From positions 18,141-82,140 of the forward strand of contig CAZUKA010000001.1 in NCBI GenBank assembly GCA_964620905.1: a DNA stretch of 64,000 nucleotides, given 5' to 3'. This stretch comes from an uncultured Gammaproteobacteria bacterium (lineage in GTDB: Bacteria; Patescibacteriota; Patescibacteriia; S139-126). The notes beneath the pieces are model-generated. The model did no database searches. It was not told the DNA's origin and saw only the letters and a program-made list of their open reading frames with translations. Within the stretch, counting starts at the first letter, position 1. Each line of letters begins with the position of its first letter. This document shows positions 45,233 through 54,924 of the stretch, piece by piece. The position numbers were made by a program, and so were the translations under genes.

Positions 45233-47440
45233 ATGAAAAAAACCTTAAATATTTTTTTGATTATAGCAGTCACGCTAAGCGTGATGAATTTTTTTGTTGT
45301 GCCGGCTTGGGCTGATGAAAAAAAAAGTTTTAGTGCTGATGAAGTAGTAGTGAAATTGAAAGCCAGTGACCAGCTCTATATACTATCAACCAAGCAAGGT
45401 ATAGATACAGAATTTTTATTGAACAACTACCAAACTAATGAGTTGATTGAATATGTGGAACCAAATGTTAAATTTTTCGCTGCTGGTGTTTTGCCCAATG
45501 ATCCTGATTTTATCCAGCAGTATTATTTGGATCAAATACAAGCGCCGGCTGGTTGGGATATTTCTACCGGTCGATCCGATGTGGTAGTTGCTGTGTTGGA
45601 TAGTGGTGTGGATATTGATAATCCTGATTTAAAACATAACCTCTGGGTCAATGTCAATGAAAAACCATTTGATTTAATTGACAATGATGGCAATGGTAAG
45701 GTAGATGATTTTTATGGTTGGAATTTTGTTGATGAAAATAATGACGTCAAACCAAACTTTACCAATTTTACTGAACTGGGGGTAAATCACGGTACAATCG
45801 TATCTGGAATTTTGGCTGCTCGCGGAAATAACGGCCAAGGTATTGCCGGAGGTGCATGGCAAGTAAAAATTATGCCCCTAAAAGTTTTGGCTAGTGACGG
45901 CACGGGTGATTCTCTGACAGTAGTAGAAGCAATAAATTATGCCATTGCCAAGAAGGTAGACGTGATTAATTTGTCTGTAGTTGGTCATAGTTACAGTCAG
46001 GCCCTGCAAGATGCTCTACAACGTGCTTGGGAAGCTGGCATTGTCATCGTAGCAGCAGCTGGCAATGAAGTGGGACTAGGACAGGATATGGATATTTATC
46101 CGGCTTATCCTGCTTGCAATGATGGTGTAGATAATATAATTATCGGGGTAGTAGCGGTTGATCGTTATAATCGCTTGGCGAATTTTTCCAATTATGGTTC
46201 AAGATGTTCTGATGTAGCTGCACCGGGAGTAAATTTTTATTCTACAGTAGCTTACAATGACCATTTCCCAGGTTTTAATCATCATTATAAAGGAGGATTC
46301 TCTGGTACATCGGTAGCTACACCTTTGGTTTCAGCACTGGCGGCTTTAATTAAATCAGTAAATCCCAGTTTAACCAACGTACAAATCAGAAATATTATTA
46401 TCAATACAACTAGTGAGATTGATTCGGTGAACCTGAATTATCAAGGTAAGTTGGGTTCGGGACTTATAGATTATAATCGCGCCTTAGGGGCTGCCAAGGC
46501 CACAGTCGCTAGTACCGCTCAACCGGTGAGTCAGGATTGGTTGGTAGTGGGGGCCGGTGCCGGTGGTGGGCCGCATGTGAGAGTATTTGATTGGCAAGAT
46601 AATGTTTTGACCCAATGGTTTGCTTATGACGAAAAGTTTCGTGGTGGAGTCAATGTTGCCACCGGAGATGTTGATGGTGATGGTAATCGTGATATTGTCA
46701 CTGCACCCGGTGCCGGTGGTGGGCCGCATATCAGAATTTTTGATCATCAGGGCAATGTCAAAGCCCAATGGTTTGCTTATGACGAAAAGTTTCGTGGTGG
46801 AGTCAATGTAGCGGTCGGTGATATTGACAATGACGGATTAGCAGAAATTATTGTGGCACCAGCGGGCGGAATGGAGACGATCGTCAAAATATTTGATTAT
46901 ACCGGGCATATGCGTTTTAAGTTTTTAGCTTATGCTGACAATTTTATCGGTGGTGCTAGTATTGCAGTTGGTGATGTTGATAATAATGGTTTGGCTGATA
47001 TTATCACTGGAGCTGGTTCTGGTGGTGGTCCGCATGTGAGAGTATTTTCTCGTCAGGGACAGATAAAGCAACAATGGTTTGCTTATGACGAAAAGTTCCG
47101 TGGTGGAGTCAATGTAGCGGTCGGTGATGCCAATAATGACAATCAAAAAGATATAGTCACTACTCCAGGTCAAGGCGGTGGGCCGCATGTGAGAGTATTT
47201 GATTGGCAAGGCAAAGTAAAACAGCAATGGTTTGCTTTTCCTCCCGAAAACCGTACCGGACTAAAAGTTGCCGTTGGAGATATTACTGGTGATGGGCAAA
47301 ATGAGATTTTGGTAGCAATGCAAAAGGGTGGTGAACCCTTGGTGCGGATTTTCAATTCCGCTTATAAATTAGTCAAAGAAATTTCTGTTTTTCAAGCCGG
47401 TTTTACCGGTGGAATAAATTTACAAATATTAAGCCGTTGA
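45233..47440 (+). CDS. secreted subtilisin-like serine protease (peptidase S8) with C-terminal FG-GAP/beta-propeller-like tandem repeats
   Basis: Signal peptide present. Catalytic triad motifs are Asp VAVLDSGVD, His HGTIVSGILAA, and Ser GTSVATPLVSALAAL. Then 5-6 copies of a ~50-aa repeat G.GGGPHVRVFDWQG....WFAYDEKFRGGVNVAVGD.D.DG..DIVT. Confidence 0.85.
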   Translation: MKKTLNIFLIIAVTLSVMNFFVVPAWADEKKSFSADEVVVKLKASDQLYILSTKQGIDTEFLLNNYQTNELIEYVEPNVKFFAAGVLPNDPDFIQQYYLDQIQAPAGWDISTGRSDVVVAVLDSGVDIDNPDLKHNLWVNVNEKPFDLIDNDGNGKVDDFYGWNFVDENNDVKPNFTNFTELGVNHGTIVSGILAARGNNGQGIAGGAWQVKIMPLKVLASDGTGDSLTVVEAINYAIAKKVDVINLSVVGHSYSQALQDALQRAWEAGIVIVAAAGNEVGLGQDMDIYPAYPACNDGVDNIIIGVVAVDRYNRLANFSNYGSRCSDVAAPGVNFYSTVAYNDHFPGFNHHYKGGFSGTSVATPLVSALAALIKSVNPSLTNVQIRNIIINTTSEIDSVNLNYQGKLGSGLIDYNRALGAAKATVASTAQPVSQDWLVVGAGAGGGPHVRVFDWQDNVLTQWFAYDEKFRGGVNVATGDVDGDGNRDIVTAPGAGGGPHIRIFDHQGNVKAQWFAYDEKFRGGVNVAVGDIDNDGLAEIIVAPAGGMETIVKIFDYTGHMRFKFLAYADNFIGGASIAVGDVDNNGLADIITGAGSGGGPHVRVFSRQGQIKQQWFAYDEKFRGGVNVAVGDANNDNQKDIVTTPGQGGGPHVRVFDWQGKVKQQWFAFPPENRTGLKVAVGDITGDGQNEILVAMQKGGEPLVRIFNSAYKLVKEISVFQAGFTGGINLQILSR

Positions 47441-47443
47441 TTT

Positions 47444-47938
47444 ATGGTTGAGCATGATGCTAATAAACCGGTGGTAAAAACAGAAAATATTGTGTTTGCC
47501 GCTTTAAATTTTTTGATTGATTGGTTGGCAGCTTTACCTGGCTTGCGACGTTTTGGAGTCTTGCCTCAATTTTTTCGGTTTTGTACGGTGGGAATTTTTA
47601 ATACGGTAATTGATTTTAGTATCTATTTTTCCTTGACCAGAATTTGGTGGTATTTTGATCAGCACTATTTGCAAGCAAATTTTTTTGCTTTTTTGTTGGC
47701 CAATTTATTTAGTTTTTGGGCCAATAAAAATTGGACTTTCAAGAATTTTGATCAACATCGCTTTAGTCAGTACGGCAAATTTTTTAGCACCAGTATTTTA
47801 GCATTGTTATCAATCCAATTGACCATGTATTTGGGGGTTTCAATTTTAGGTTGGTGGGATTTGGCAGTAAAAATTTTAGCTTTACTAGTCAGTGTACTGA
47901 TAAATTTTTTTGGTGCTAAGTTTTGGGCATTTAAGTGA
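47444..47938 (+). CDS. gtrA: GtrA-family membrane protein (polyprenyl-phosphate-sugar flippase component)
   Basis: FCTVGIFNTVIDFSIYFSL and FWANKNWTFK motifs, with 4 TM helices. Confidence 0.8.
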   Translation: MVEHDANKPVVKTENIVFAALNFLIDWLAALPGLRRFGVLPQFFRFCTVGIFNTVIDFSIYFSLTRIWWYFDQHYLQANFFAFLLANLFSFWANKNWTFKNFDQHRFSQYGKFFSTSILALLSIQLTMYLGVSILGWWDLAVKILALLVSVLINFFGAKFWAFK

Positions 47939-48200
47939 GGTTAGAAGTAAGAATTAAGAAGTAAGAAGTAAGATTAATTAGTAATTAGTCAAAATTTAAT
48001 TAAAAGAAACAAATCACAAGAAACAATTATCAAACAAATTTCAAAATTCAAATTACAAAGTCCAAACAGTTTGGTTATTGATATTTATAATTTAAGATTT
48101 GTTTGTAGTTTGTATCTTGTACCTTGGTTATTTTTATATATTTATTTTGGTAATTATGCTTAATACTAGATACTTTATACTTTATACTTGATACTAATCT

Positions 48201-48923
48201 ATGATTATTGTTATTCCCGCAAAAAATGAAGAACAGCGGATTGGGCCTACTCTAGAAGCTTATTTAAATAAGTTTACAGATATTAAACTAGTGGTAGTTA
48301 TTACCCCAGGCACTGATCAAACCGAAAAAGTTATAATAAATTTTAAAAATTTATATCCCGGAAGAATTGATTATTTTTCTTTGGAAAAATTTGTCGGCAA
48401 TAGTAAAGGCAAAGCAATCAGAGTGGGGTTTAAATATGTTTTAGAAAATTATCCGGCAGAAAATTTAATTGGCTTTATAGATGCTGACAATTCTTTGGAA
48501 CCGATGGAATTTGGAAAGTTAGTTTCTTATTTGTCGGATTATGATCTAGCCATTGCTTCTAGGTATTTACCAGAATCAGTATTAATAGATCGAGATTCGC
48601 GACTTAGAGTTGTAGCATCTTTATTGTTCCGTTATTTAGTAAAAATTTTATTTGGTCTAAAAGTAGTCGATACTCAGTGTGGGGGTAAGTTGTTTAGGCG
48701 ACAAGTAATTTTGGAAATTTTACCAAAACTCCAGATTGATGACATGGCAATTGATGTAGAAATCTTATTTTTAAGTAAACAATTGGGCAAAACTATCAAA
48801 GAAGTACCAGTGGTGTGGCGAGAAAAACAAGCTTCGACTATTTCCACTTCACAAGTGCATTTTATAAAAACCAGTTGGCGAATGCTAAGATCGCTTGTTA
48901 AGTTGAGATTGAAAAGTTTGTGA
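48201..48923 (+). CDS. polyprenyl-phosphate glycosyltransferase (GT2; GtrB/DPM1-like)
   Basis: MIIVIPAKNEEQRIGPTLEAYL...GFIDADNS...QCGGKLFRR is typical of dolichyl/undecaprenyl-phosphate hexosyltransferases. Paired with the upstream gtrA. Confidence 0.8.
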   Translation: MIIVIPAKNEEQRIGPTLEAYLNKFTDIKLVVVITPGTDQTEKVIINFKNLYPGRIDYFSLEKFVGNSKGKAIRVGFKYVLENYPAENLIGFIDADNSLEPMEFGKLVSYLSDYDLAIASRYLPESVLIDRDSRLRVVASLLFRYLVKILFGLKVVDTQCGGKLFRRQVILEILPKLQIDDMAIDVEILFLSKQLGKTIKEVPVVWREKQASTISTSQVHFIKTSWRMLRSLVKLRLKSL

Positions 48924-48941
48924 AGTTTATAAAGCGAAAGT

Positions 48942-49003
48942 ATTGTCATACTGAACTTGTTTCAGCATCTTATGAGATTCTGAAACAAGTTCAGGATGAC
49001 GGT
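48942..49003. repeat. Family C compound hairpin repeat, copy 2
   Basis: attgtcatactgaacttgtttcagcatcttatgagattctgaaacaagttcaggatgac. Compare 21616-21675. The tracker ORF 48920-49108 is spurious. Confidence 0.7.
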
Positions 49004-49173
49004 AAAAATATTATTTATGACTGCTTGAGAGGGATTTCTATCTGGGTAGGCAGGCCGCTACATCAAAGATTAATAAGATCCGGGAAAATTATAAAAAAAA
49101 TATTTTAAAAGTTTATTTTTGACAAGAGTTAAAAATTGTGTTATAATCATAGGATGATAAATAAAATTTAATT

Positions 49174-50910
49174 ATGAAAAAATTATTAAAATCAAAGATT
49201 TTTTGGGTAGTGGTTATTCTGGTGGTAGGTGGGGGCGGTTATCTGGTTTTAAAACCAAAACCCGCCGTAGAGTATACAACCGAAAAAGTACAACAAGGTT
49301 TACTAGAGCAAACTGTATCGGTGACTGGAAAAGTGCAGGGGGCTGAGGAGATAAATTTAAATTTTGAATCTCTAGGTACGATTGCCAAAATCGAAGTTGA
49401 AAAGGGCGATGAAGTAGAAGCCGATAAAGTTTTGGCTCAGCTCTCCTCGCAAACACAGCAGAATTCGGTATTGGAAGCCAGGGCCAACTGGCAAGCGGCC
49501 AGTGCCCAGTTGAATAAATTGGTTGCTGGGGCTAGTGATAATGAAATAAAAATCAGTCAAGAAAATGTGAAAAATGCGGAGATAACCTATAATAATCGTT
49601 TGACTGATTTGACAAACTTACAAAATAAATTGGTGGCTGATGAGAAACAATATAATAATTCACTGCAAAGTAGTCAGGTAAATTTGATCAATTCTCGTGA
49701 TGCTACACTGGCAACAATGAGTAATGAATTATTTGACGGAGAAATTGCCTTAAATCGGATAAAAGAAATTTTGGATCGCGATGATGCCAAATATACTTTA
49801 GGCGCCAAAGATAGTTTTAGTAAAACTGTGGCTGAGACCAGCCACACCCAGTCGTTGGTAGTAGTTGGTTTAGCTAAACAGAAGTTAGATCAAGCAAAAA
49901 TATCTTTGACCGAAGTCGATATCAATCAAGCTTTACAAAGTAGTATTGATGCTTTGCTGGATGTCTCAGATAGTTTGTCAGCTATTTTTACAGTATTGGT
50001 CAACACTCCCGCTAGTACTGATTATACCCAAACTGAGATTGACGCTGATAAAGCCAACATCAGAGCTGACCAAACGACTATTAGTGCCAGCATTAGTGCG
50101 GTGCAAACAGCTAGAACCAGCTGGGAAAGTGCTAGAACCGCAGTGATAACTGCGGAAAACAATTTACAATCTTTTTTAGCCAGTAAAGATTCACAAATTG
50201 CTAGTGCACAAGGTGCAGTCAATACCGCCCAAGGCGCTTGGGATCTGGCCCAAGCACAACATCAACAGTTATTAGCACCAGCCCGAATAGAAGATATAGA
50301 GTTGCAACGGGCTCGGGTTAATCAAAGTTTGGCTGCCTTACAGCGAGCCCAGGTAGCGCTTGAGCAAATGACTATTACCGCACCGGTAGCTGGAACTATT
50401 ACCCGGGTGAATTATAAAGTTGGTGAAAAAACTGATCTAGCAAAACCGGTTTTTTCTTTATTGGGAAACTCTGGACTGGAGATTGAGGTTGATATTCCTG
50501 AATCAGATATTGCCAAAATTGCTATTGGGCAACTGGCGCATATTACTTTGGATGCTTTTGGTGAACAAGAATTTACCGGGCATGTTACTTTTATTGATCC
50601 AGCGGAAACAAGACTTTCTGATGTGGTGTATTATCGGGTGAAAGTAACATTTGATGATGGTAATGACCAAATCAAACCAGGTATGACTGCCAATATTGAT
50701 ATTGCTACTGCCAATCGTGACAATGTTTTATATATACCCGCCAGAGCTGTAAAAGAAAATGGTGGTAAATATGTTGAAGTATTATACAACGGTGAAGTGA
50801 TTAGAAAAAGTGTAGAGGTTGGATTGAAAGCCGATGGAGGTTTGGTTGAAGTGATCAGTGGTTTAGCAGCGGGTGAGGATGTGATTACTTTTAAGCAAGA
50901 GCCAAAATAA
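49174..50910 (+). CDS. HlyD/MacA-family periplasmic adaptor (membrane fusion protein) with long coiled-coil
   Basis: N-terminal TM (IFWVVVILVVGGGGYLVL). A biotinyl/lipoyl-like half (VSVTGKVQGAEEINLNFESLGTIAKIEVEKGDEVEADKVLAQL), then about 300 aa of coiled-coil, and a C-terminal beta-barrel (ITAPVAGTITRVNYKVGEK). Confidence 0.8.
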   Translation: MKKLLKSKIFWVVVILVVGGGGYLVLKPKPAVEYTTEKVQQGLLEQTVSVTGKVQGAEEINLNFESLGTIAKIEVEKGDEVEADKVLAQLSSQTQQNSVLEARANWQAASAQLNKLVAGASDNEIKISQENVKNAEITYNNRLTDLTNLQNKLVADEKQYNNSLQSSQVNLINSRDATLATMSNELFDGEIALNRIKEILDRDDAKYTLGAKDSFSKTVAETSHTQSLVVVGLAKQKLDQAKISLTEVDINQALQSSIDALLDVSDSLSAIFTVLVNTPASTDYTQTEIDADKANIRADQTTISASISAVQTARTSWESARTAVITAENNLQSFLASKDSQIASAQGAVNTAQGAWDLAQAQHQQLLAPARIEDIELQRARVNQSLAALQRAQVALEQMTITAPVAGTITRVNYKVGEKTDLAKPVFSLLGNSGLEIEVDIPESDIAKIAIGQLAHITLDAFGEQEFTGHVTFIDPAETRLSDVVYYRVKVTFDDGNDQIKPGMTANIDIATANRDNVLYIPARAVKENGGKYVEVLYNGEVIRKSVEVGLKADGGLVEVISGLAAGEDVITFKQEPK

Positions 50911-50912
50911 AT

Positions 50913-51629
50913 ATGTCTTTGATTACTATCAAAGATATCAAACGTGAGTTTAAAACCGGCGAGGTAATCACCAAAGTTTTGTATGGTGTAAGTTTTGATA
51001 TTGCGGCTGGAGAGTTTGTAGCGATTATGGGTCCCTCGGGTAGTGGTAAATCGACGTTGATGCATATTTTAGGTTTTTTGGATAAGGCTTCAAGTGGAAA
51101 ATTTTTTTACAAAGATAAAGATGTTTCGCAACTTGATGATGATGAATTAGCTCGGATGCGCAATCAAGAAATTGGTTTTGTGTTTCAAGCATTTCATCTG
51201 CTGCCAAAATTGTCGGTTCTGGATAATGTAAAATTGCCCTTGCTTTATAGTAATCGCAAAGATAAAGATAATGCAGCTAAACAAGCTCTGGAACAAGTTG
51301 GTCTGTCGCATCGACTTAATTATTTTCCCAATCAAATTTCGGGTGGAGAAAAACAACGGGTGGCTATTGCCAGGGCTCTTGTCAACGAACCGGCAGTAGT
51401 ATTTGCTGATGAACCCACTGGCAATTTGGATTCAAAATCAGGTCAGCAAATTATGTCTATCTTGCAAGCGCTCAATGATAGCGGCCGGACAATTATTTTG
51501 GTCACGCATGAAAAATACACCTCACAACACGCAAAAAGAATACTAAAAATCAAAGATGGTTTATTGGAAAGTGACGAACTAGTAAAAGACAGGATGATTG
51601 CTAGTGAGCAGAGCGAATTAATTAAATAG
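50913..51629 (+). CDS. ABC transporter ATP-binding protein (MacB/LolD-type)
   Basis: Walker [16 protein letters not shown], signature [15 protein letters not shown], Walker [14 protein letters not shown]-loop VTHE. Confidence 0.9.
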   Translation: MSLITIKDIKREFKTGEVITKVLYGVSFDIAAGEFVAIMGPSGSGKSTLMHILGFLDKASSGKFFYKDKDVSQLDDDELARMRNQEIGFVFQAFHLLPKLSVLDNVKLPLLYSNRKDKDNAAKQALEQVGLSHRLNYFPNQISGGEKQRVAIARALVNEPAVVFADEPTGNLDSKSGQQIMSILQALNDSGRTIILVTHEKYTSQHAKRILKIKDGLLESDELVKDRMIASEQSELIK

Positions 51630-51631
51630 TT

Positions 51632-52867
51632 ATGAATATTTTGGCTCACGCCCAAATTTCATTGCGGGCATTGTCGGCTAACCGTAACCGATCTTTTTTG
51701 ACTATGCTCGGTATTATTATTGGTATTGCCGCAGTGATTATAATAATTTCAGTTGGTAAGGGAGCAGAAAGTTTGTTATATAGTCAAATTTCAGGTATTG
51801 GTTCTGATTTGATTGCCATTTTACCTGGTGCCAGTGATGAAGACGGACCACCAGCTTCAGCGATGGGTATCACTATTACCACTTTGAAAAATGATGATAT
51901 TAGAGCTATTGAAAAAAAAGTACCTGGTGTGGTGGCGGGAAGCGGTTATATGCGCGGTCAGGATACTATCACTTATGAGAATCAAAAATTTGATACAGCT
52001 TTTGTTGGTGTCGAGTCAAATTATCCGACTGTTGAAAATACCCAAGTGGTTGAAGGAAGATTTTTTACAGCCGAAGAGGATAGTTCTCTAGTCCGAGTAG
52101 CGGTTTTGGGAGCAAAAGTTTACGATGAGTTGTTTCATGGTGATCCCGCCGTGGGTAAGCGTGTCCGGATCAGAAAAGAAACCTTTACCGTAATTGGTGT
52201 AATGCCCGAGCGTGGTACCGCAGGATTTATGAATCAAGATACGCAAGTTTTTATACCTCTACGTACAGCGCAAAAAATTATGTTGGGGGTTGATCATTTG
52301 GCTTTCGCTCGAGTAAGGGTAGACAAGAATGTAGTGATTGATGATGTGTTGGAGCAAATTAGGCAAGTGTTGCGTGAACAACACAATCTAAATTCGAGCG
52401 AAGTTGATGATTTTTCTGTACGGAGCGCTACGCAGGCTTTGGATTTGTTGTCTACTTTGACTACGGCCCTGTCTTTTTTTCTGGCTGCCATTGCTAGCAT
52501 TAGTTTACTCGTAGGTGGGGTAGGGATAATGAATATTATGTTGATTGCCGTCAACGAACGTGTCCAAGAAATTGGTCTGCGTAAGAGTGTGGGCGCAAAA
52601 ACCAAAGATATTGTCTCTCAGTTTTTGGTGGAATCAGTGATTTTGACTTTACTCGGAGCAATAATTGGTATTTTAGCTGGTGGGTTAATATCTTTTTTGA
52701 TCGCTGTGGTAGCAATTCAGCTTGATTATGCTTGGGATTTTGTGATCACCCCATTTTCGGTTTTTTTATCTTGTTCGATTGCTTTTTTGATTGGTATTAG
52801 TTTTGGCTATTATCCAGCCAAGAAAGCAGCAAGTTTAGACCCAATTGAAGCTTTGCGCTATGAATAG
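51632..52867 (+). CDS. ABC transporter permease, FtsX/MacB family (MacB periplasmic core domain plus 4 TM)
   Basis: N-terminal TM, large periplasmic domain, C-terminal FtsX region GIMNIMLIAVNERVQEIGLRKSVGAKTKDI. Confidence 0.85.
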   Translation: MNILAHAQISLRALSANRNRSFLTMLGIIIGIAAVIIIISVGKGAESLLYSQISGIGSDLIAILPGASDEDGPPASAMGITITTLKNDDIRAIEKKVPGVVAGSGYMRGQDTITYENQKFDTAFVGVESNYPTVENTQVVEGRFFTAEEDSSLVRVAVLGAKVYDELFHGDPAVGKRVRIRKETFTVIGVMPERGTAGFMNQDTQVFIPLRTAQKIMLGVDHLAFARVRVDKNVVIDDVLEQIRQVLREQHNLNSSEVDDFSVRSATQALDLLSTLTTALSFFLAAIASISLLVGGVGIMNIMLIAVNERVQEIGLRKSVGAKTKDIVSQFLVESVILTLLGAIIGILAGGLISFLIAVVAIQLDYAWDFVITPFSVFLSCSIAFLIGISFGYYPAKKAASLDPIEALRYE

Positions 52868-54116
52868 TCTAGTTAAATTTATTTTACCCTTAAAACAAGC
52901 TCACGCTGCTCTGCATGCCAATCGCGTCAGATCACTACTCACTATGTTGGGAGTAATTATTGGTATTTCCTCGGTGATTGTGATTTTGTCAGCGGGCGAG
53001 GCGCTCAAGGGTTTTGTTTACAATGAAGTTAATGCTTTTGGCAATAACATTATTCAAGCTGAAGTAAAAGTTCCTTCCACTAGCCAACAGTCTGCTGACA
53101 ATGCTGCGGGCATGGCTATGGGTATCACCATCACTACCTTGAAAGACTCTGATGCTGAAGCAGTCAGAAAACTAAAAAATATTGATAAAGTCTATTCGGC
53201 GGTTTTAGGGCAAGGGATTGCATCTTATCGCAATGAAAATAAAGTAATTACCATTTACGGTGTAACCAATGAGTTTATAGATATTGATCAATCAAAAGTT
53301 GATCAAGGTAGATTTTTTACAGCTGAAGAAAATCGTTCACAGGCTCAAGTAGTAATTTTAGGTTCGGGGATAAAAGAGACTTTGTTTGGTGACGATGAGG
53401 CATTGGGTAAACAAATAAAAATTGGCAATTTAAAATATGAAGTGATAGGTGTGTTTGCTACCCGAGGTGCTTCACCGTTTTTCAATATGGACGATATGGC
53501 AGTGATGCCACTTTATACTTTACAAAAAAAAGTCATGGGCATAGATCATGTGATGTATTTTTTGGCTACCATGAAGGATCCGACTCAAGATCTACTTACC
53601 AAAGCGCAAATAGAAGACTTGTTGCGTGAACGGCACGATATTACTGATCCCAAAAAAGATGATTTTGCCGTCACTACCCAAGAGGAAATGCAAGCCATGC
53701 TTGACGTTATTTTGGGCGGTGTGCAGTTGTTATTGATAGCTATTGCCAGTATTAGTTTGATTGTGGGTGGAGTAGGAATTATGAATATTATGTATGTAAC
53801 AGTTGCGGAAAGAACTTTTGAAATTGGATTGCGCAAGAGTGTGGGTGCAACCAAAGGAAATATTTTGTGGCAATTTTTGTGGGAAGCAGTTTTTGTTACT
53901 TTGCTAGGAGCGATTGCCGGGATTGTGGTTGGCGGAATTATTACTCAACTTTTTACCTTGCTAGCAAAATATTTGCAGATTGATTTTGTTTTTACATTGC
54001 CTTGGTGGTCAATTGCTTTGGCCGTGGGTTTTGCCGCAGTTGTTGGTCTAGTATTTGGTATCTATCCAGCTAAAAAAGCAGCTGATCTTGATCCAATTGA
54101 GGCATTGCGGAGATAG
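52860..54116 (+). CDS. ABC transporter permease, FtsX/MacB family (second paralog; likely heterodimer partner)
   Basis: Same architecture, GIMNIMYVTVAERTFEIGLRKSVGATKGNI. ATG at 52860 overlaps the upstream stop by 8 nt; the tracker start 52845 is a TTG. Confidence 0.85.
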   Translation: MNSLVKFILPLKQAHAALHANRVRSLLTMLGVIIGISSVIVILSAGEALKGFVYNEVNAFGNNIIQAEVKVPSTSQQSADNAAGMAMGITITTLKDSDAEAVRKLKNIDKVYSAVLGQGIASYRNENKVITIYGVTNEFIDIDQSKVDQGRFFTAEENRSQAQVVILGSGIKETLFGDDEALGKQIKIGNLKYEVIGVFATRGASPFFNMDDMAVMPLYTLQKKVMGIDHVMYFLATMKDPTQDLLTKAQIEDLLRERHDITDPKKDDFAVTTQEEMQAMLDVILGGVQLLLIAIASISLIVGGVGIMNIMYVTVAERTFEIGLRKSVGATKGNILWQFLWEAVFVTLLGAIAGIVVGGIITQLFTLLAKYLQIDFVFTLPWWSIALAVGFAAVVGLVFGIYPAKKAADLDPIEALRR

Positions 54117-54154
54117 TATATAGAATTTTGAAACTAGAATTTAGAATATAACAT

Positions 54155-54181
54155 TTAGCACTCTTGACATGAGAGTGCTAA
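54155..54181. promoter_or_regulatory. CIRCE operator (TTAGCACTC-N9-GAGTGCTAA), HrcA binding site, overlapping a sigma-70-type promoter
   Basis: Perfect match to the CIRCE consensus. TTGACA (54164-54169) lies within the spacer, and TATAAT sits at 54188-54193 (18-nt spacing), about 40 nt upstream of hrcA. Confidence 0.9.
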
Positions 54182-54231
54182 TTTTTTTATAATGTAAAAA
54201 GGGTCAGGAAAACCTAAGTATTTATAGAAAA

Positions 54232-54924
54232 ATGTTAACAAATAGACAAAATCAAATACTAAAAGAGATTGTGGAAAACTACGTTTTTGATGCCCAACCA
54301 ATTGGTTCAAAACTTTTGACTGAATCAATGAATGTATCATCGGCCACTATTCGCAATGAAATGTCAGCTTTGGAAGATAAAAAGTTGATTTACCAGCCCT
54401 ATACATCAGCTGGTCGAGTGCCAACCGCGGCAGGTTATAAATATTATTTTGAAAATTTTGTTGATAAAGAAAAAAGTCCTGCTAAAAATGACCAGCAAGT
54501 GATTGCTGAAATATGGAAAAAAAATTCGGCAGATTATCATCAAGCTTTAAAAAGTTTAGCCAAAGTAGTCGCTGATTTGTCGCAATATGCGGTATTGGTT
54601 GGTTTTTCGGAGAAGTATTTTTACTACACAGGGTTGTCGAATTTGTTCAATCAACCAGAATTTACCACGGCTGATTTGGTGCGAGCTATGGGATATTTGG
54701 TTGATCATTTAGATGAAGTAGTAAGCCGTATTTTTCACCAAGTTGATGGTTTGACAGTTAAGATTGGTGCTGATAATCCTTTTAGTAGTGAGTGTAGTGT
54801 TTTGTTGGCTAAGTTTTCTGATCCTTCGGGTGATGGTTTGATTGGAATTTTGGGACCGATGCGGATGGATTATCAGCGTAATTATTCGTTGATTAGTTAT
54901 TCAAGAAATTTAATAAATAAATAA
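54232..54924 (+). CDS. hrcA: heat-inducible transcription repressor HrcA (short form)
   Basis: N-terminal winged-helix NQILKEIVENYVFDAQPIGSKLLTESMNVSSATIRNEMSALEDKKLI is typical of HrcA. Preceded by CIRCE and followed by grpE. Confidence 0.8.
   Translation: MLTNRQNQILKEIVENYVFDAQPIGSKLLTESMNVSSATIRNEMSALEDKKLIYQPYTSAGRVPTAAGYKYYFENFVDKEKSPAKNDQQVIAEIWKKNSADYHQALKSLAKVVADLSQYAVLVGFSEKYFYYTGLSNLFNQPEFTTADLVRAMGYLVDHLDEVVSRIFHQVDGLTVKIGADNPFSSECSVLLAKFSDPSGDGLIGILGPMRMDYQRNYSLISYSRNLINK

Noticed and set aside
46484-47355. Antisense tracker ORFs inside the S8 protease gene (46484-46768, 46925-47227, 47170-47355, 46620-46811)
   Set aside because: They lie within or antisense to a well-supported CDS and arise from its internal tandem repeats. 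No independent support.
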